Source: Terriglobia bacterium | GTDB lineage: Bacteria; Acidobacteriota; UBA6911 | Direction of reading: 5' to 3' | Assembly (NCBI GenBank): GCA_963824985.1 | Contig: CAWGRQ010000031.1 | Coordinates: forward strand, 147,329-211,328 | DNA length: 64,000 nt | Part shown: positions 1 through 10,766 of the stretch, in pieces | Layout: every line of letters starts with the position of its first letter | Numbering within the stretch: position 1 is the first letter of the stretch | Program-made: the position numbers and the translations under genes | The notes under the pieces: model-generated | Database searches by the model: none | Seen by the model: only the letters and a program-made list of their open reading frames with translations | What the model was told of the DNA's origin: nothing

Positions 1-1
1 G

Positions 2-589
2 GGAAGCATCTCGATTGCCGGCCTGTCCGTGCGCAGGGGATCTCCCGGATCCGGCCGCACTGCGGATCACCAGCGATTGAACCACGAGTTGCGCGGCCTG
101 GTCGGCATGGTTTTCCAGGCATTCAACCTCTTCCCCCACATGACCGTGCTCGACAACGTGGCCCGCCCCCCGGCCATCGTCCAGGGAGTTCCGGTGGCGG
201 AAGCTCGCGAGCATGCGCGCCGGTTGCTCGAAAAAGTCGGGTTACTGGACAAGGCCGGGCTTTATCCGGAGCAGCTTTCGGGCGGCCAGCAGCAGCGCGC
301 CGCCATTGCCCGCGCGCTGGCGATGAAGCCCAGGGTGCTGCTCTATGATGAGCCGACTTCGGCCCTCGACCCCGCCCTGGTGGAAGAGGTGCTCTCGGTC
401 ATGAAGGAACTGGACGCCGAGGGGATCACCCAGGTGGTGGTCACTCACGAGATGCGATTCGCCCGCGATGCCGCCGAAAAAGTCGTCTTCCTGTCCGACG
501 GCAAGGTCGTGGAGGAAGGGGATCCCGGAATCATGTTTTCCGATCCCCGTGATCTGCGCACCCGGCAGTTTCTCAAGAGGTTTCTCTGA
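2..589 (+). CDS. Amino-acid ABC transporter ATP-binding protein (GlnQ/HisP-like), 5' end outside window
   Basis: Frame is open from base 2. Has LSGGQQQRAAIARALAMKPRVLLYDEPTSALD (ABC signature plus Walker B) and the H-loop VVVTHEM. Confidence 0.9.
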   Translation, partial: GSISIAGLSVRRGSPGSGRTADHQRLNHELRGLVGMVFQAFNLFPHMTVLDNVARPPAIVQGVPVAEAREHARRLLEKVGLLDKAGLYPEQLSGGQQQRAAIARALAMKPRVLLYDEPTSALDPALVEEVLSVMKELDAEGITQVVVTHEMRFARDAAEKVVFLSDGKVVEEGDPGIMFSDPRDLRTRQFLKRFL

Positions 590-602
590 CGCGGAGGTCA
601 GT

Positions 603-2222
603 TTGCCATTCGAAGAACATGTCGTCACTGTCCTCAATCTGACACGCGGATGGCGTCGCCGGTTCGGTCGCCCTCCGGCCTTGCTGTGGGGCTCCGCGGC
701 GGCCGTCATGCTTGCCCTGCTGTCGCCGGCAGCCGCCGCCCATGGCCCGGCCCTGCCGCAAAAACCTCTGGCCTGGGGGGCCGATGCCGAAGGGGGAGCC
801 CCGTACGAGTTCCAGGACCCGACGGACCCCGCGCGACTGGTCGGCTTCGAGGTCGACATTGCCGCCGCCATCGGCAGGATGCTCGGGCGCCCGATGCAGT
901 TTGTCCAGAACCAGTGGGACGGGCTGATCCAGGGACTCGAGCGGGGCAACTACGACATGGTGATATCCGGGCTTGAAATCACCCCGGACCGCTCCCGGGT
1001 CATTCTCTTCAGCCGCCCCTACTATGTCACCTATGAGCAGCTCGCCGTGCGTACCAGTGATGACCGCATCCAATCCCTGGAGGACTGCCGCGGCCGGGCG
1101 GTGGGAACCCTGAAGGGGAGTCTTGCCCAGCGCATGCTCGAGGCACGTGCCGACCTGCGGGTCGTGAGCTATGACGGGCAGATCAACGCCTATGAGGATT
1201 TGCGCAACGGCCGCCTTGACGCCGTCCTGATGGACCACATCATCGCCCTGTACAACGTTGCTCCGGTTCCCGAGCTCAAGATGGTGGGACCTCCGGTCGG
1301 GCGCCTGGAGTACGGCATCGGCTTTCGAAGAGAAGATGCGGCTCTCCTCGATCAGGTCAACGAATCCATCGGCCGGATGATGGCCTCGGGCGAGCTGAGA
1401 GCCATCCTGGAAGATTGGAATCTCTGGACGCCAACGGTTGCGGACTATTTCGGCGATCATGCGGCAGGAGCAGCCCGCTCGGGGTCATTCCATCAATATG
1501 TGCAGAGCCGCACCCAATCACTCACCCCGTGGGACAAGGTAAAGCGGTATGCAGGCTACCTGCCGCTGCTGGGCCGCGGCGCACTGGTCACGCTGGAGCT
1601 GTCGCTGCTTGCGATGCTCCTGGCAATGTGTTTGGGGCTGGTGCTGGCGCTGGCACGTCTGTACGCTCCGCCGCCGGTGCGCTGGGCCTCTTCGGTCTAC
1701 CTCGAATCCGTGCGGGGCACGCCCCTGCTCATCCAGCTGTTTCTCATTTTTTACGGCCTGCCGCACGTCGGGATCCGGCTGTCGCCGATCCTGGCCGCAG
1801 TCCTCGGCCTGGGGCTCAACTACAGCGCATATGAGGCCGAGAACTACCGGGCCGGCATCCAATCGATCCCCAGGACACAGATGGAGGCCGCGTTGGCCCT
1901 GGGCATGTCGCGGATTCAGGCGCTGCGCCATGTGATTGTACCCCAGGCCATGCGTCTGGTGATCCCTCCGGTTACCAACGACTTCATCGCATTGCTCAAA
2001 GACTCTTCGCTGGTATCGGTCATTACCATGGTCGAGCTGACCAAGGCCTACAGCCAGCTTGCCAGCATCCATTACGACTACCTGGGCATCGGCCTGCTAG
2101 CGGCGGCCATGTATTTTCTCATCGGCCTGCCGTTTGTGCGCCTCGCGCGCCTGGCCGAGCGCTATTTCCACCCCGCGGACCGCGCCGCCGCCATCGGCGG
2201 CAAGCAGCGCCAAACCGCCTGA
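603..2222 (+). CDS. Fused periplasmic solute-binding domain / polar amino-acid ABC permease
   Basis: GGAGG lies 5 nt upstream of TTG at 603. Signal-like N-terminus, then an SBP_bac_3-like part (GADAEGGAPYEFQD, GFEVDIAAAIG), then a permease part with an EAA-loop region (EAALALGMSRIQALRHVIVPQAMRLVIPP). The ORF-track start at 468 overlaps the ATPase gene and is probably not used. Confidence 0.85.
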   Translation: MPFEEHVVTVLNLTRGWRRRFGRPPALLWGSAAAVMLALLSPAAAAHGPALPQKPLAWGADAEGGAPYEFQDPTDPARLVGFEVDIAAAIGRMLGRPMQFVQNQWDGLIQGLERGNYDMVISGLEITPDRSRVILFSRPYYVTYEQLAVRTSDDRIQSLEDCRGRAVGTLKGSLAQRMLEARADLRVVSYDGQINAYEDLRNGRLDAVLMDHIIALYNVAPVPELKMVGPPVGRLEYGIGFRREDAALLDQVNESIGRMMASGELRAILEDWNLWTPTVADYFGDHAAGAARSGSFHQYVQSRTQSLTPWDKVKRYAGYLPLLGRGALVTLELSLLAMLLAMCLGLVLALARLYAPPPVRWASSVYLESVRGTPLLIQLFLIFYGLPHVGIRLSPILAAVLGLGLNYSAYEAENYRAGIQSIPRTQMEAALALGMSRIQALRHVIVPQAMRLVIPPVTNDFIALLKDSSLVSVITMVELTKAYSQLASIHYDYLGIGLLAAAMYFLIGLPFVRLARLAERYFHPADRAAAIGGKQRQTA

Positions 2223-2358
2223 ACCGGTGGCCGGATGGCCTTCGATTTTATCGACAACGGTTCGTGAGGGTGTGATATCCATTATTAGTCAACACCGATC
2301 GATGATTTGAACCTTGGCAGGTTCCAGCCCCGGACCCTGATGGTCGGGGAGAAAGTGA

Positions 2359-3351
2359 ATGATCGATATGGAATATGTACGGCTGGGTTCATCGGGTTTG
2401 AAAGTTTCGAGACTCTGCCTGGGCCTTATGACCTACGGCTCCCGGAAATGGCGGGAATGGGTCCTGGATGAAGAAGAGAGCCGCCCGTTTCTGCGGCGCG
2501 CTCTCGAATTGGGCATCAATTTTTTCGATACCGCAGACATGTATTCGCTCGGCGCCAGCGAAGAGGTGCTCGGTCGCGCGCTGCGCGATTTCGGCCCTTC
2601 GCGCGACCAGATTGTGATCGCCACCAAGGTGTACTTCCCGATGGGAGATGCCCCCAATCAGAGCGGTTTGTCCCGCAAGCACATCATGCATGCGATCGAT
2701 GACAGCCTGAGGCGCCTGGGCACCGATTATGTCGACCTCTACCAGATCCACCAGTTCGACTATCAGACCCCTATTGAAGAAACCCTGGAGGCGCTGCACG
2801 ATATCGTCAAGGCGGGCAAGGCCCGCTATCTCGGCGCATCCTCCATGTTCGCCTGGCAGTTTGCCCGGATGCTCTGCACCGCCGACCGCCTCGGTATGAC
2901 CCGGTTCGTTTCCATGCAGAATCACTACAACCTGATTTATCGCGAAGAAGAGCGGGAGATGATCCCCCTCTGCCGGCACGAGGGTATCGGTCTCATCCCC
3001 TGGAGTCCTCTGGCCCGCGGATTCCTGGCCGGCAACCGCCGGAAAGCAGATTTCGGGGACACGATCCGGGCCAAGACCGACGATTACGGGAAAAGTCTTT
3101 ACTACGCGGATTCCGATTTCGCCGTAGTCGATCGCGTGACGGCGATCGCGAAGCAACGCGGCATCGCCAACATGCAGGTTGCCCTCGCGTGGATCCTTCA
3201 GCAGCCGGGCATTGTGGCGCCAATCATCGGCGCCAGCCGGATGCATCATCTCGAAGAAGCGGTCGCGGCTATGGAATTTCGGCTGGATGACGCGGAATTG
3301 AAGGCGCTTGCGGAGCCTTATCAGCCTCATACCGTGCTCGGCCATTCCTGA
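2359..3351 (+). CDS. Aldo/keto reductase family oxidoreductase
   Basis: MEYVRLGSSGLKVSRLCLGLMTYG, FFDTADMYS, LGTDYVDLYQIHQFD and PWSPLARGFL are typical AKR blocks. Alternative ATG at 2368. Confidence 0.9.
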   Translation: MIDMEYVRLGSSGLKVSRLCLGLMTYGSRKWREWVLDEEESRPFLRRALELGINFFDTADMYSLGASEEVLGRALRDFGPSRDQIVIATKVYFPMGDAPNQSGLSRKHIMHAIDDSLRRLGTDYVDLYQIHQFDYQTPIEETLEALHDIVKAGKARYLGASSMFAWQFARMLCTADRLGMTRFVSMQNHYNLIYREEEREMIPLCRHEGIGLIPWSPLARGFLAGNRRKADFGDTIRAKTDDYGKSLYYADSDFAVVDRVTAIAKQRGIANMQVALAWILQQPGIVAPIIGASRMHHLEEAVAAMEFRLDDAELKALAEPYQPHTVLGHS

Positions 3352-3462
3352 TCGCTTCCCCGATACCGATGCTTGAAGCGGGATGGGCGGATGCGGTAGT
3401 GTAAGCAGGTTGATCATGCATTCGGCATCGGAGCCCGTCACTCTCGATCAAGGAGGCAAAGA

Positions 3463-3939
3463 ATGAAATCCCGACTTTGTGTTTTGGCAGCCGTCGCGGT
3501 TGCGCTCCTGATTCCTTTGGTTTCAGCCCATGGCCAGACGGCCGAGGAAATCACCAAAGAGAAGATCCTCACCAGCGCCCCGGCATGGCAGGAAAAGTAC
3601 GACCAATATGACCCGCAGGCGGAGATGGTGGACGCGTTAAAGACCAAACTCGGGCCCAATATGAAGGTGGATGTCTACCTGGGCTTGTGGTGCCCGGACT
3701 CGCGCAACAATGTGCCTCCGTTCCTCAAGATCCTGGATCGCGTGGGGACCGGCGTGCCGGTCCGATATTACAACGTGCCGAGAAAGGCAAGCCGGGATGT
3801 CAAATTCTATGTCGAAGAGATGAACGTGGAGCGGGTGCCGACCTTCATTTTTTACCGCGACGGCAAAGAGATCGGTCGCATCATTGAAAACCCCAAGACG
3901 GGGATGCTCGAAGACCTCATGGATATACTTTTTAAATAG
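3463..3939 (+). CDS. Secreted thioredoxin-fold protein with a CxxS variant motif
   Basis: AAGGAGG RBS precedes the ATG. Signal peptide MKSRLCVLAAVAVALLIPLVSAHG. WCPDS stands in place of WCGPC. VPTFIFYRDGKEIGR is thioredoxin-like. Confidence 0.75.
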   Translation: MKSRLCVLAAVAVALLIPLVSAHGQTAEEITKEKILTSAPAWQEKYDQYDPQAEMVDALKTKLGPNMKVDVYLGLWCPDSRNNVPPFLKILDRVGTGVPVRYYNVPRKASRDVKFYVEEMNVERVPTFIFYRDGKEIGRIIENPKTGMLEDLMDILFK

Positions 3940-4020
3940 TTTCTGTCGCCGCCAAACAGGATTGCATCCCCTGCCACGAGGATCACCGGAAATAGCCCCC
4001 GGCACTCCGACTCCCATCCT

Positions 4021-7000
4021 CTAAAAATTCAGTTTGAGCGCCAGCTGGATCTGGCGCGGCGCGAACGCCGCGGTATATCCGGAAAATTCCGTTACGCGCC
4101 CCCCTCCCGCCACCACGCGGAAAGTAGGCAACTGCACCGGGCGCGCGACCGCGCGCGGAACCAAGGGGTTGGCAGGGTTCGGGATCAGCAGCGTCTCGCT
4201 CTTCACGATATTGTTGACCCCCGAAAAATTCGTGTGATTGAAGAGGTTGAACGCTTCGAATGACATTTCAGCGTTCAGCCGTTCTTTCAAGTAGAAGCGT
4301 TTGGTCAGGCGCAGATCAAAGTTCACGTAGTCCGGGCCGATTCCGGTGTTCCGACCCGCGTAGATTGCCGGCTGCCCTTCGGTGACCAGAAATGCGCGGT
4401 CGGTATCCTCATTGTCGCCATTGGCGTCATAGCCCACCTGAAGATTCCATGGACGTCCGCTGCCGATGGTGATAATCGGCGCCAGGTTTACGTCGGCGAA
4501 CATGCGGCTGTACCAGGGATTCCCCGAGCCTCTCTGGAACGGTGTTTCCAGGACGCCGTGGAATACGAGGCGATGCCGCTGGTCGATCAGGGACAAGGCG
4601 CGTTCGGCCCGGACATTATCGTTGCTGTTCGGCTTGTAGTTAAGCAGGATGTCCGTGGCGGTGTCGATCGCCTTCCCGAGCGTATACGCCATGGCAAAGC
4701 TGTAGTGATGGCTGAAGCGCTTGTTCAATTCGACGGTCCCGCCGTGATAGATAGCCTCTCCTGACGATTCCACCTGATTGACCTGGAGCAGGAGCGGATT
4801 GATCGGCTTGTATTTGGGAATTCCCAGATCGGGATCGAGGCCGGAACGCGTCACATTGGTGTCGCGCAGGCGCAATACCTTGTTGGCCTTGTTGAAAATG
4901 TAGTTGGCCGAGATGGCCCAGTCGCTCCCCAGCTGGCGATCGATGCCGAAACTGGCCTGTGAGCTGTAAGGGTTCTGAATTACGGGATCGACACTGAAGA
5001 CGGCGGCGAAGGGGGCCTTGGGACCCGGCGTGATGCCGAAGGGGGCAAGATTGGCTTCGGTTATCTTCTTCGGCCCCACCTTGCCGTCCGGAGTGATGAA
5101 AAAGCCCTGCGGCAGGAGCGTCTGATAGATGGCGATCGAAGTGGTCGTCGGGGGCAGTCCCGGGAACCCCGGTGGCCGGAACGGCCACCTGGAAGATGCC
5201 CGCATCCTGGCTCAGCACCCTCGAGATGAACGCCACGGCCTGGTAGAGGGGAGCATAGTAGAGACCGTACCCGCCGCGGACGACGGTTTTCCCGTCGCCA
5301 AAGGGATCCCAGCTGAATCCCAGGCGCGGCCCCCAGTTGTTGTGGTCGCGGTGAATCCCCTCCGGCTGCAGTTCCACATCGTAACGCAATCCCGCCTCCA
5401 GCGTGAAATTCTTCCCCAGGCGCATGCTGTCGCGCACATAGTAGGCCATCTGGTTGGCGGTAATCTTGACCTTCGGGTTGCCGTATCCCTGAATGAAGAA
5501 GTAGGGGAGCCCCAGGTTGAACGTCTGCAGCGGGGTGAAGGGCGCAACCAGGTTCGGAATCTCCGAGGCTTTGCCGTTGAGCGCCAGCTGCACGATCAGC
5601 TTGGTGTAATCGGTGGAGATTTTCGCGCCGGGCCGGCAATTGCGCATTCAGCCCGGCCACGATGTTCCCGTAGGCCAGCGGCACCGGGATGTTGGAGCCG
5701 AAACGCACGGATCCGCCAAAAAAGATCTCCGTGTCGGAACCGACCTATGATATGGCTGATGTCGAAACCCGACCTTCATGCTATGACGTCCGTAATTGAA
5801 CGAGAGGTTGTTCGACGAACTGGTAGCGGTCTTCGGTGCGCGCAGCGAGTCGATGTTGTAGTTGCGGCCGAAATCGCCGATCCCGGAAATGGAGAGGTTC
5901 GGGCCGTTGCGGTCGACCGGAATGGAATTGAAATGCGGCGCTGGAAAATTGGAAGCGCCCCTCGTTTACGATCCTCGGGTTGAAGACGTTGGTGTCCGAC
6001 AGCACGATGCCGGTGTCGCGGGTGCTGTTGTTGGCGCCGTTGGTGCGGGCACGCAGATTGGCGATGACGAATCCTTCATCATAGGTGTCGGCGACGCTGA
6101 ATCGGGCATTGATTTGATTCTTCTGGCTGAAGGCGTGGTCCACGCGGAACATGCCGGTGGTGAACTCCGAGAAGAACGGTTTTACCCCGCTCTCCTGATC
6201 GAGCAACTTGTGCGCCAGGGATGTCGGGCCGAGGGTAAACACGCTCGACATCGCCTGGGCAAGCGCCCGGGCACCGGAATATCCGCGCTGGGAGGCAGGG
6301 TGGCGATCGGCGGCCACGAGAGATGCCTGTCCGTTGTCGGTTGAAAGACCGCAGGATTCTGGTTGAAGGGCAGAAATTGCGATTCCGTGCGGTCCAGGCG
6401 TTCGAACGAACCGAAATAAAATGTCTCGGTCCCTGACGAGCGGCCCGCCCAGTGTCAGACCATACTGGATGCGGGAGAACTGTGGGTCGATGTCGCTGAA
6501 ATCAGGTCCGAAGGCGAAGGCGTTCCGGGCATCAAGCCGGTGATCGCGCCAGTAGAAGAACAGGTTGCCGTGCAGGGTGTTGGTCCCGGACTTGGTGACG
6601 ATATTTATCAGACCGCCACTGGCATGTCCGAATTCGGCGCTGAAATTGCTGCGATTGATCTGAAACTCCTGGATGGCCTCCTGGCTCAGGGTGTTCCGCA
6701 CGCTGCCGCCGGAGTAATCGTTGTTGTCCGCGCCATCGATCGTGACATTGTTGCTGCGTCCGTTTGCCCGGAGAACGAAAGCCCGAATTGGGCAGCATCG
6801 GCAATCCGGCATTGGACAGTGAATTCTGGGTGGTGACCCCCGGAGTCAGCAACGAAAAGTCCAGATAATTCCGTCCGTTGATCGGCAGGCTCTGAATATC
6901 CCGTTCCGCTACCACGGTGGACTGCTGGCTCCGTTCGGTTTCCACCAGAGGCACGGGCCGGTCACGACGACCTCCGTGGCGGTCCCGCTGACCTGCATTT

Positions 7001-7333
7001 TGAAGTCAAGGACCAGGCGTCTGGCCCACGGTCAGCGTCAGACCCTTGCGGATCTGGGTGGCGAAACCCGGGAGTTCCGCCTTGATCTGTACTCCGCCGC
7101 CGGCGGCAGCAAGGGTACGGCATACTGTCCGTTCTGATCGGTGACGATTTGCCGCAACATGCCCTTGTCGGTATGCGTGACGGTAATGGTGACCCCGGGG
7201 AGCAAGGCCCCGGTCTGATCCGTCACCTCCCGTGCATATCCGCACTCGAAACCTGCGACTGAGAAAAGGCGCTGCCGGTGAGAAGGAACATCAAGACAAC
7301 AATCATGCACGCTGGCCTACGATCCATATACAT
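4021..7333 (-). pseudogene. TonB-dependent receptor-like outer-membrane protein (CarboxypepD_reg N-terminus), heavily frameshifted
   Basis: Fragments in all three minus frames concatenate into one protein of about 1100 aa. Order: signal peptide MYMDRRPACMIVVLMFLLTGSAFSQ; EVTDQTGALLPGVTITVTHTDKG / VQIKAELPGFATQIRKGLTLTVGQT; plug-like ERDIQSLPINGRNYLDFSLLTPGV, NVTIDGADNNDY, FSAEFGHASGGLINIVTKSGTN; barrel ending RQIQLALKLNF. Confidence 0.8.
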
Positions 7334-7460
7334 TTTCACCCTGATCCGTAGTGGTAAACTATGTCCCGACCCGAATTCAATCCAATGGATTGCGTTACTT
7401 TGTATCGCGATAGGCCGCTCAGAGCAAGCAGATTCCATACATTTACATGTTCCCCTTTTT

Positions 7461-9206
7461 TTATTGCCAATCGATCAGAAGCAGGGATCGCCAGAGGTAG
7501 AGACCGGCGGCGATGGCCGTGGCGAGCAAGATTGTGCCCTGGCCCCAGGCTCCAAACAGGAGCTTCCCGATGCCGAAAAGACACGAGTACACCATCACAA
7601 CTCCGGCCAGCCAATCGAGAAACAATCTCCCGTATCCCCGGGTGCCCTGCACCTCCGGCACAAGCGCCGCGATCGGCTTCCAGAAGACCCCCCCGGGATG
7701 AACCCGGCGATAAAACCTTTTCAACGTCTCGACGTCGGTCGGCTGGGTCAGGAACGTCGCCATCAGCCAGACAATCGTGGTGAAAAGACAGATGTAATAG
7801 AGAGACTCGGGAAATACAATCCGGGTCATGAACCTGATGTAGGAGTAAGCGAACACCGGAGCGATCATGGCGGCGATCTCGCTCCAGGCGTTGATCCGCC
7901 ACCAGAACCAGCGCAGGATCAGTACCAGGCCCACGCCGGCGCCGCACTCGATGATGAACTCCCAGGCGCCGGAGATACGCTCGAGATACCCGGTGATGAG
8001 CATCGACAACGCCATGATCAGGAGTGTAGTAACTCTCGAGACTCCGACCAGATGTTTTTCCGAAGCGGATGGGCGCACAAAACGGCGATAAAAATCATTG
8101 ATCACATAACTGGAACCCCAATTCAGCTGGGTGGCGATCGTCGACATATAGGCGGCAAAAAAGGAAGCCACCAGCATTCCGCGCATCCCGGAGGGGAGAA
8201 AATCGCGCATCGCATAGATATAGCCGAGACGCTTCTGTTCCGGGCTCAGATCGGGGTACAGAACAAGGGTGGCGAGACCCACCAGGATCCAGGGCCAGGG
8301 GCGCACGCAGTAGTGAGCGATCTGGAACCAGAGCGTCGCCAGGACGGAGTGTCTCTCATCCTTGGCCGACATCATACGTTGGGCCACATATCCGCCCCCG
8401 CCCGGTTCGGCCCCGGGATACCAGCTGGCCCACCATTGAACCCCGACATAAGCGAGAAATGCGGTCACCGAGATGGCCAGGGCCCCTCCGGGACCCGGCG
8501 CGCCTTCGGCGCCGATCACCGGGGTAAACCGGAAAGCCCACTCGGGAAGCCGGGCCTGAAGCCCGGCGATCCCTCCGACCTGCGGCAGCCGCAATACGAC
8601 CACCGCGACCATGATGGTTCCGGCCATTGCAATCACAAATTGAATCACATCCGTGACCGCCACACCCCAAAGCCCGGAAAGGGCGGAATAGAGCGCGGTG
8701 ACGAGGAGAGCTGCAGCCACATAGAAGAAGACGGCTTCCCGTGATATGCCGAACATCCCCTGCAGGATCGAGGCCATTGCCAGATTCACCCAGGCCATGA
8801 TCACACAATTGATGAACAGTCCCAGGTACAGGGCGCGAAACCCGCGCAGAAATGCGGCCGGTCTTCCGGAATACCTGAGTTCGGCAAACTCCACATCGGT
8901 CATGATCCCCGCCCGGCGCCACAACCGGGCAAAAAAGAAGACCGTGAGTATCCCGCCGAAGAGAAAATTCCACCACAGCCAGTTCCCCGCGATCCCGTTT
9001 CGGGCCACGAGCTCCGTCACCGCCAGCGGTGTGTCGGCCGCGAATGTGGTCGCAACCATGGAGGTTCCCGCGAGCCACCAGGGAAGATTCCGGCCCGAAA
9101 GAAAATACTCGTTGGTGCTCGATCCCGCGCGCTTCGCGTAATACAACCCGATGGTCGCGCTGAGAACAAAATAAGCGGCCACAACCAGCCAGTCGATACC
9201 CGTCAT
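7461..9206 (-). CDS. Sodium:solute symporter (SSS) family transporter
   Basis: MTGIDWLVVAAYFVLSATIGLYYAKRAGSSTNEYFLSGRNLPWWLAGTSMVATTFAADTPL is a typical SSS N-terminus, and the protein is multi-TM throughout. GGAG precedes the ATG at 9206. The ORF-track GTG at 9242 lacks an RBS. Confidence 0.85.
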   Translation of the reverse strand: MTGIDWLVVAAYFVLSATIGLYYAKRAGSSTNEYFLSGRNLPWWLAGTSMVATTFAADTPLAVTELVARNGIAGNWLWWNFLFGGILTVFFFARLWRRAGIMTDVEFAELRYSGRPAAFLRGFRALYLGLFINCVIMAWVNLAMASILQGMFGISREAVFFYVAAALLVTALYSALSGLWGVAVTDVIQFVIAMAGTIMVAVVVLRLPQVGGIAGLQARLPEWAFRFTPVIGAEGAPGPGGALAISVTAFLAYVGVQWWASWYPGAEPGGGGYVAQRMMSAKDERHSVLATLWFQIAHYCVRPWPWILVGLATLVLYPDLSPEQKRLGYIYAMRDFLPSGMRGMLVASFFAAYMSTIATQLNWGSSYVINDFYRRFVRPSASEKHLVGVSRVTTLLIMALSMLITGYLERISGAWEFIIECGAGVGLVLILRWFWWRINAWSEIAAMIAPVFAYSYIRFMTRIVFPESLYYICLFTTIVWLMATFLTQPTDVETLKRFYRRVHPGGVFWKPIAALVPEVQGTRGYGRLFLDWLAGVVMVYSCLFGIGKLLFGAWGQGTILLATAIAAGLYLWRSLLLIDWQ

Positions 9207-9549
9207 GTGAGCTCCGGCGTAATGTGCCCTATCTTTTGCCACGATTTGATCAGATTATCATCAAGTATTCTTCGGTCCGGCGTGTCTCACACCTGCGGCC
9301 TGCGCTTGCGCTACCCAAGCCTGCCCACCAGACCTGCCTTCTCATGAAGCAAGGATCGCAATAGATCTGCGGACACGGAAGAACGCTGATGAATACAGAT
9401 CGGCACCGGGCGTTTTTATTGATATTTTGCCGTGACGTTGGCAAAAATGCGGTTTGCCGGTGATTGCCACCACACCTGGAATCTCGATGGCCTGCACCCA
9501 TCGAGATGCGGATGGCGCATTCCGAAGCCTTGCACTATACTCCGCCATC

Positions 9550-10728
9550 ATGGAAATGACGGGCAAAACCCGGCTGGCGGCGGCTATGCGGCATCTGCCC
9601 GTGGACCGGATTCCGGTGATGTGCCAGCTGTCCCTGGGACACTATTTTCTCAACACCCCAATCCCCGCCATCGAGATATGGCACTCGACGGAAGGCTTTG
9701 GAGAGGCCTTGATCGAACTGCAGCGGCGGTATCATTTCGACGGTATTCTGATCAACCTGCCGGGACGGGACCAGGCCTGGCGTTCCCATATCGCCCGGAT
9801 CGAAACCCGGGGGGAGGCCACCGTTCTCCGCTGGAAAAATGGCTGGCACACGGTCTGCCCCGCCGATGACAATCCCCATACCTTCCGCAACAGCGGGCAG
9901 GAATTCCATGTCTCGTTCGACGAGATCAATCCCGATCTGCTTATTTATGTCGAGCCCCACGATCTGGGCGGCATCAAGTACCCTCCGGCGTGGGGATTTT
10001 CCGACAAACGCCCGGCGCCGGATGATTTTTTCCCTCCATGGCATTTCGACACCATCGATTACGTCATCGATCGCGCCGGAGGCGCAGTCTCCATCCACGG
10101 GGAGGTTTTCTCTCCCTTCACCCAGTTTCTCGAACTCCTGGGGTATCGACCGGCCCTGACGGCTCTGATCCGGGACCCGGAAAAGAGCAAAGCCTGCCTG
10201 GCGAGTTTGACGCGCGGCGCCATCGCGCTTGGTTGCGGCCTTGCGGCCCATGGTGTCGACGCCATCCTCATCTCGTCCGCCTTCGCCGGCAGCGGGCTGA
10301 TTTCGCCGCAGCATTACCGCGAGTTTGTCCTCTCGTTTGAGCGGATGATGATCCGGGGAATCAAAGAGAAATATGACATACCGGTATATACTCACACCTG
10401 CGGGCGCATCTCCGACCGGCTTGAGTTGCTCGCCGAGACCGGCACCGACGGCATCGACACGCTCGATCCGCCGCCTCTTGGAGATGTCGATCTGGCCGAC
10501 GCCAAGCGGCGGATCGGCAGCCGGCTGTTCATCAAGGGCAACGTGGATCCGATCAATTTCCTCCTTAAAGGGAACCCGGCGCAGGTATTCGAAAATGCCC
10601 GGCACTGCATTTCCGTCGGGTCCCCCGCAGGAGGTTATATTCTCAGTTCGGCCTGCTCGATTCCGCCGCGAGCCCCGGCGGAAAACGTCGCGATGATGTT
10701 CGCGGCTGCAGTTTCGGATGGACGCTAA
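9550..10728 (+). CDS. Uroporphyrinogen decarboxylase (URO-D) family protein, MtaA/CmuA-like
   Basis: VDRIPVMCQLS near the N-terminus. C-terminal blocks GTDGIDTLDPPPLGDVDLADAKRRIG, FIKGNVDP and GGYILSSACSIPPRAP. Start is uncertain (9454, 9550 or 9556). Confidence 0.7.
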   Translation: MEMTGKTRLAAAMRHLPVDRIPVMCQLSLGHYFLNTPIPAIEIWHSTEGFGEALIELQRRYHFDGILINLPGRDQAWRSHIARIETRGEATVLRWKNGWHTVCPADDNPHTFRNSGQEFHVSFDEINPDLLIYVEPHDLGGIKYPPAWGFSDKRPAPDDFFPPWHFDTIDYVIDRAGGAVSIHGEVFSPFTQFLELLGYRPALTALIRDPEKSKACLASLTRGAIALGCGLAAHGVDAILISSAFAGSGLISPQHYREFVLSFERMMIRGIKEKYDIPVYTHTCGRISDRLELLAETGTDGIDTLDPPPLGDVDLADAKRRIGSRLFIKGNVDPINFLLKGNPAQVFENARHCISVGSPAGGYILSSACSIPPRAPAENVAMMFAAAVSDGR

Positions 10729-10766
10729 CCGATTGACATGCTCCATTTTATCCAGGTGAATTACCT

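Noticed and set aside
468-602. Upstream extension of the binding-protein/permease ORF.
   Set aside because: It overlaps the ATPase gene by about 120 bp in another frame and has no protein-like features. A GGAGG plus TTG start at 603 fits better.
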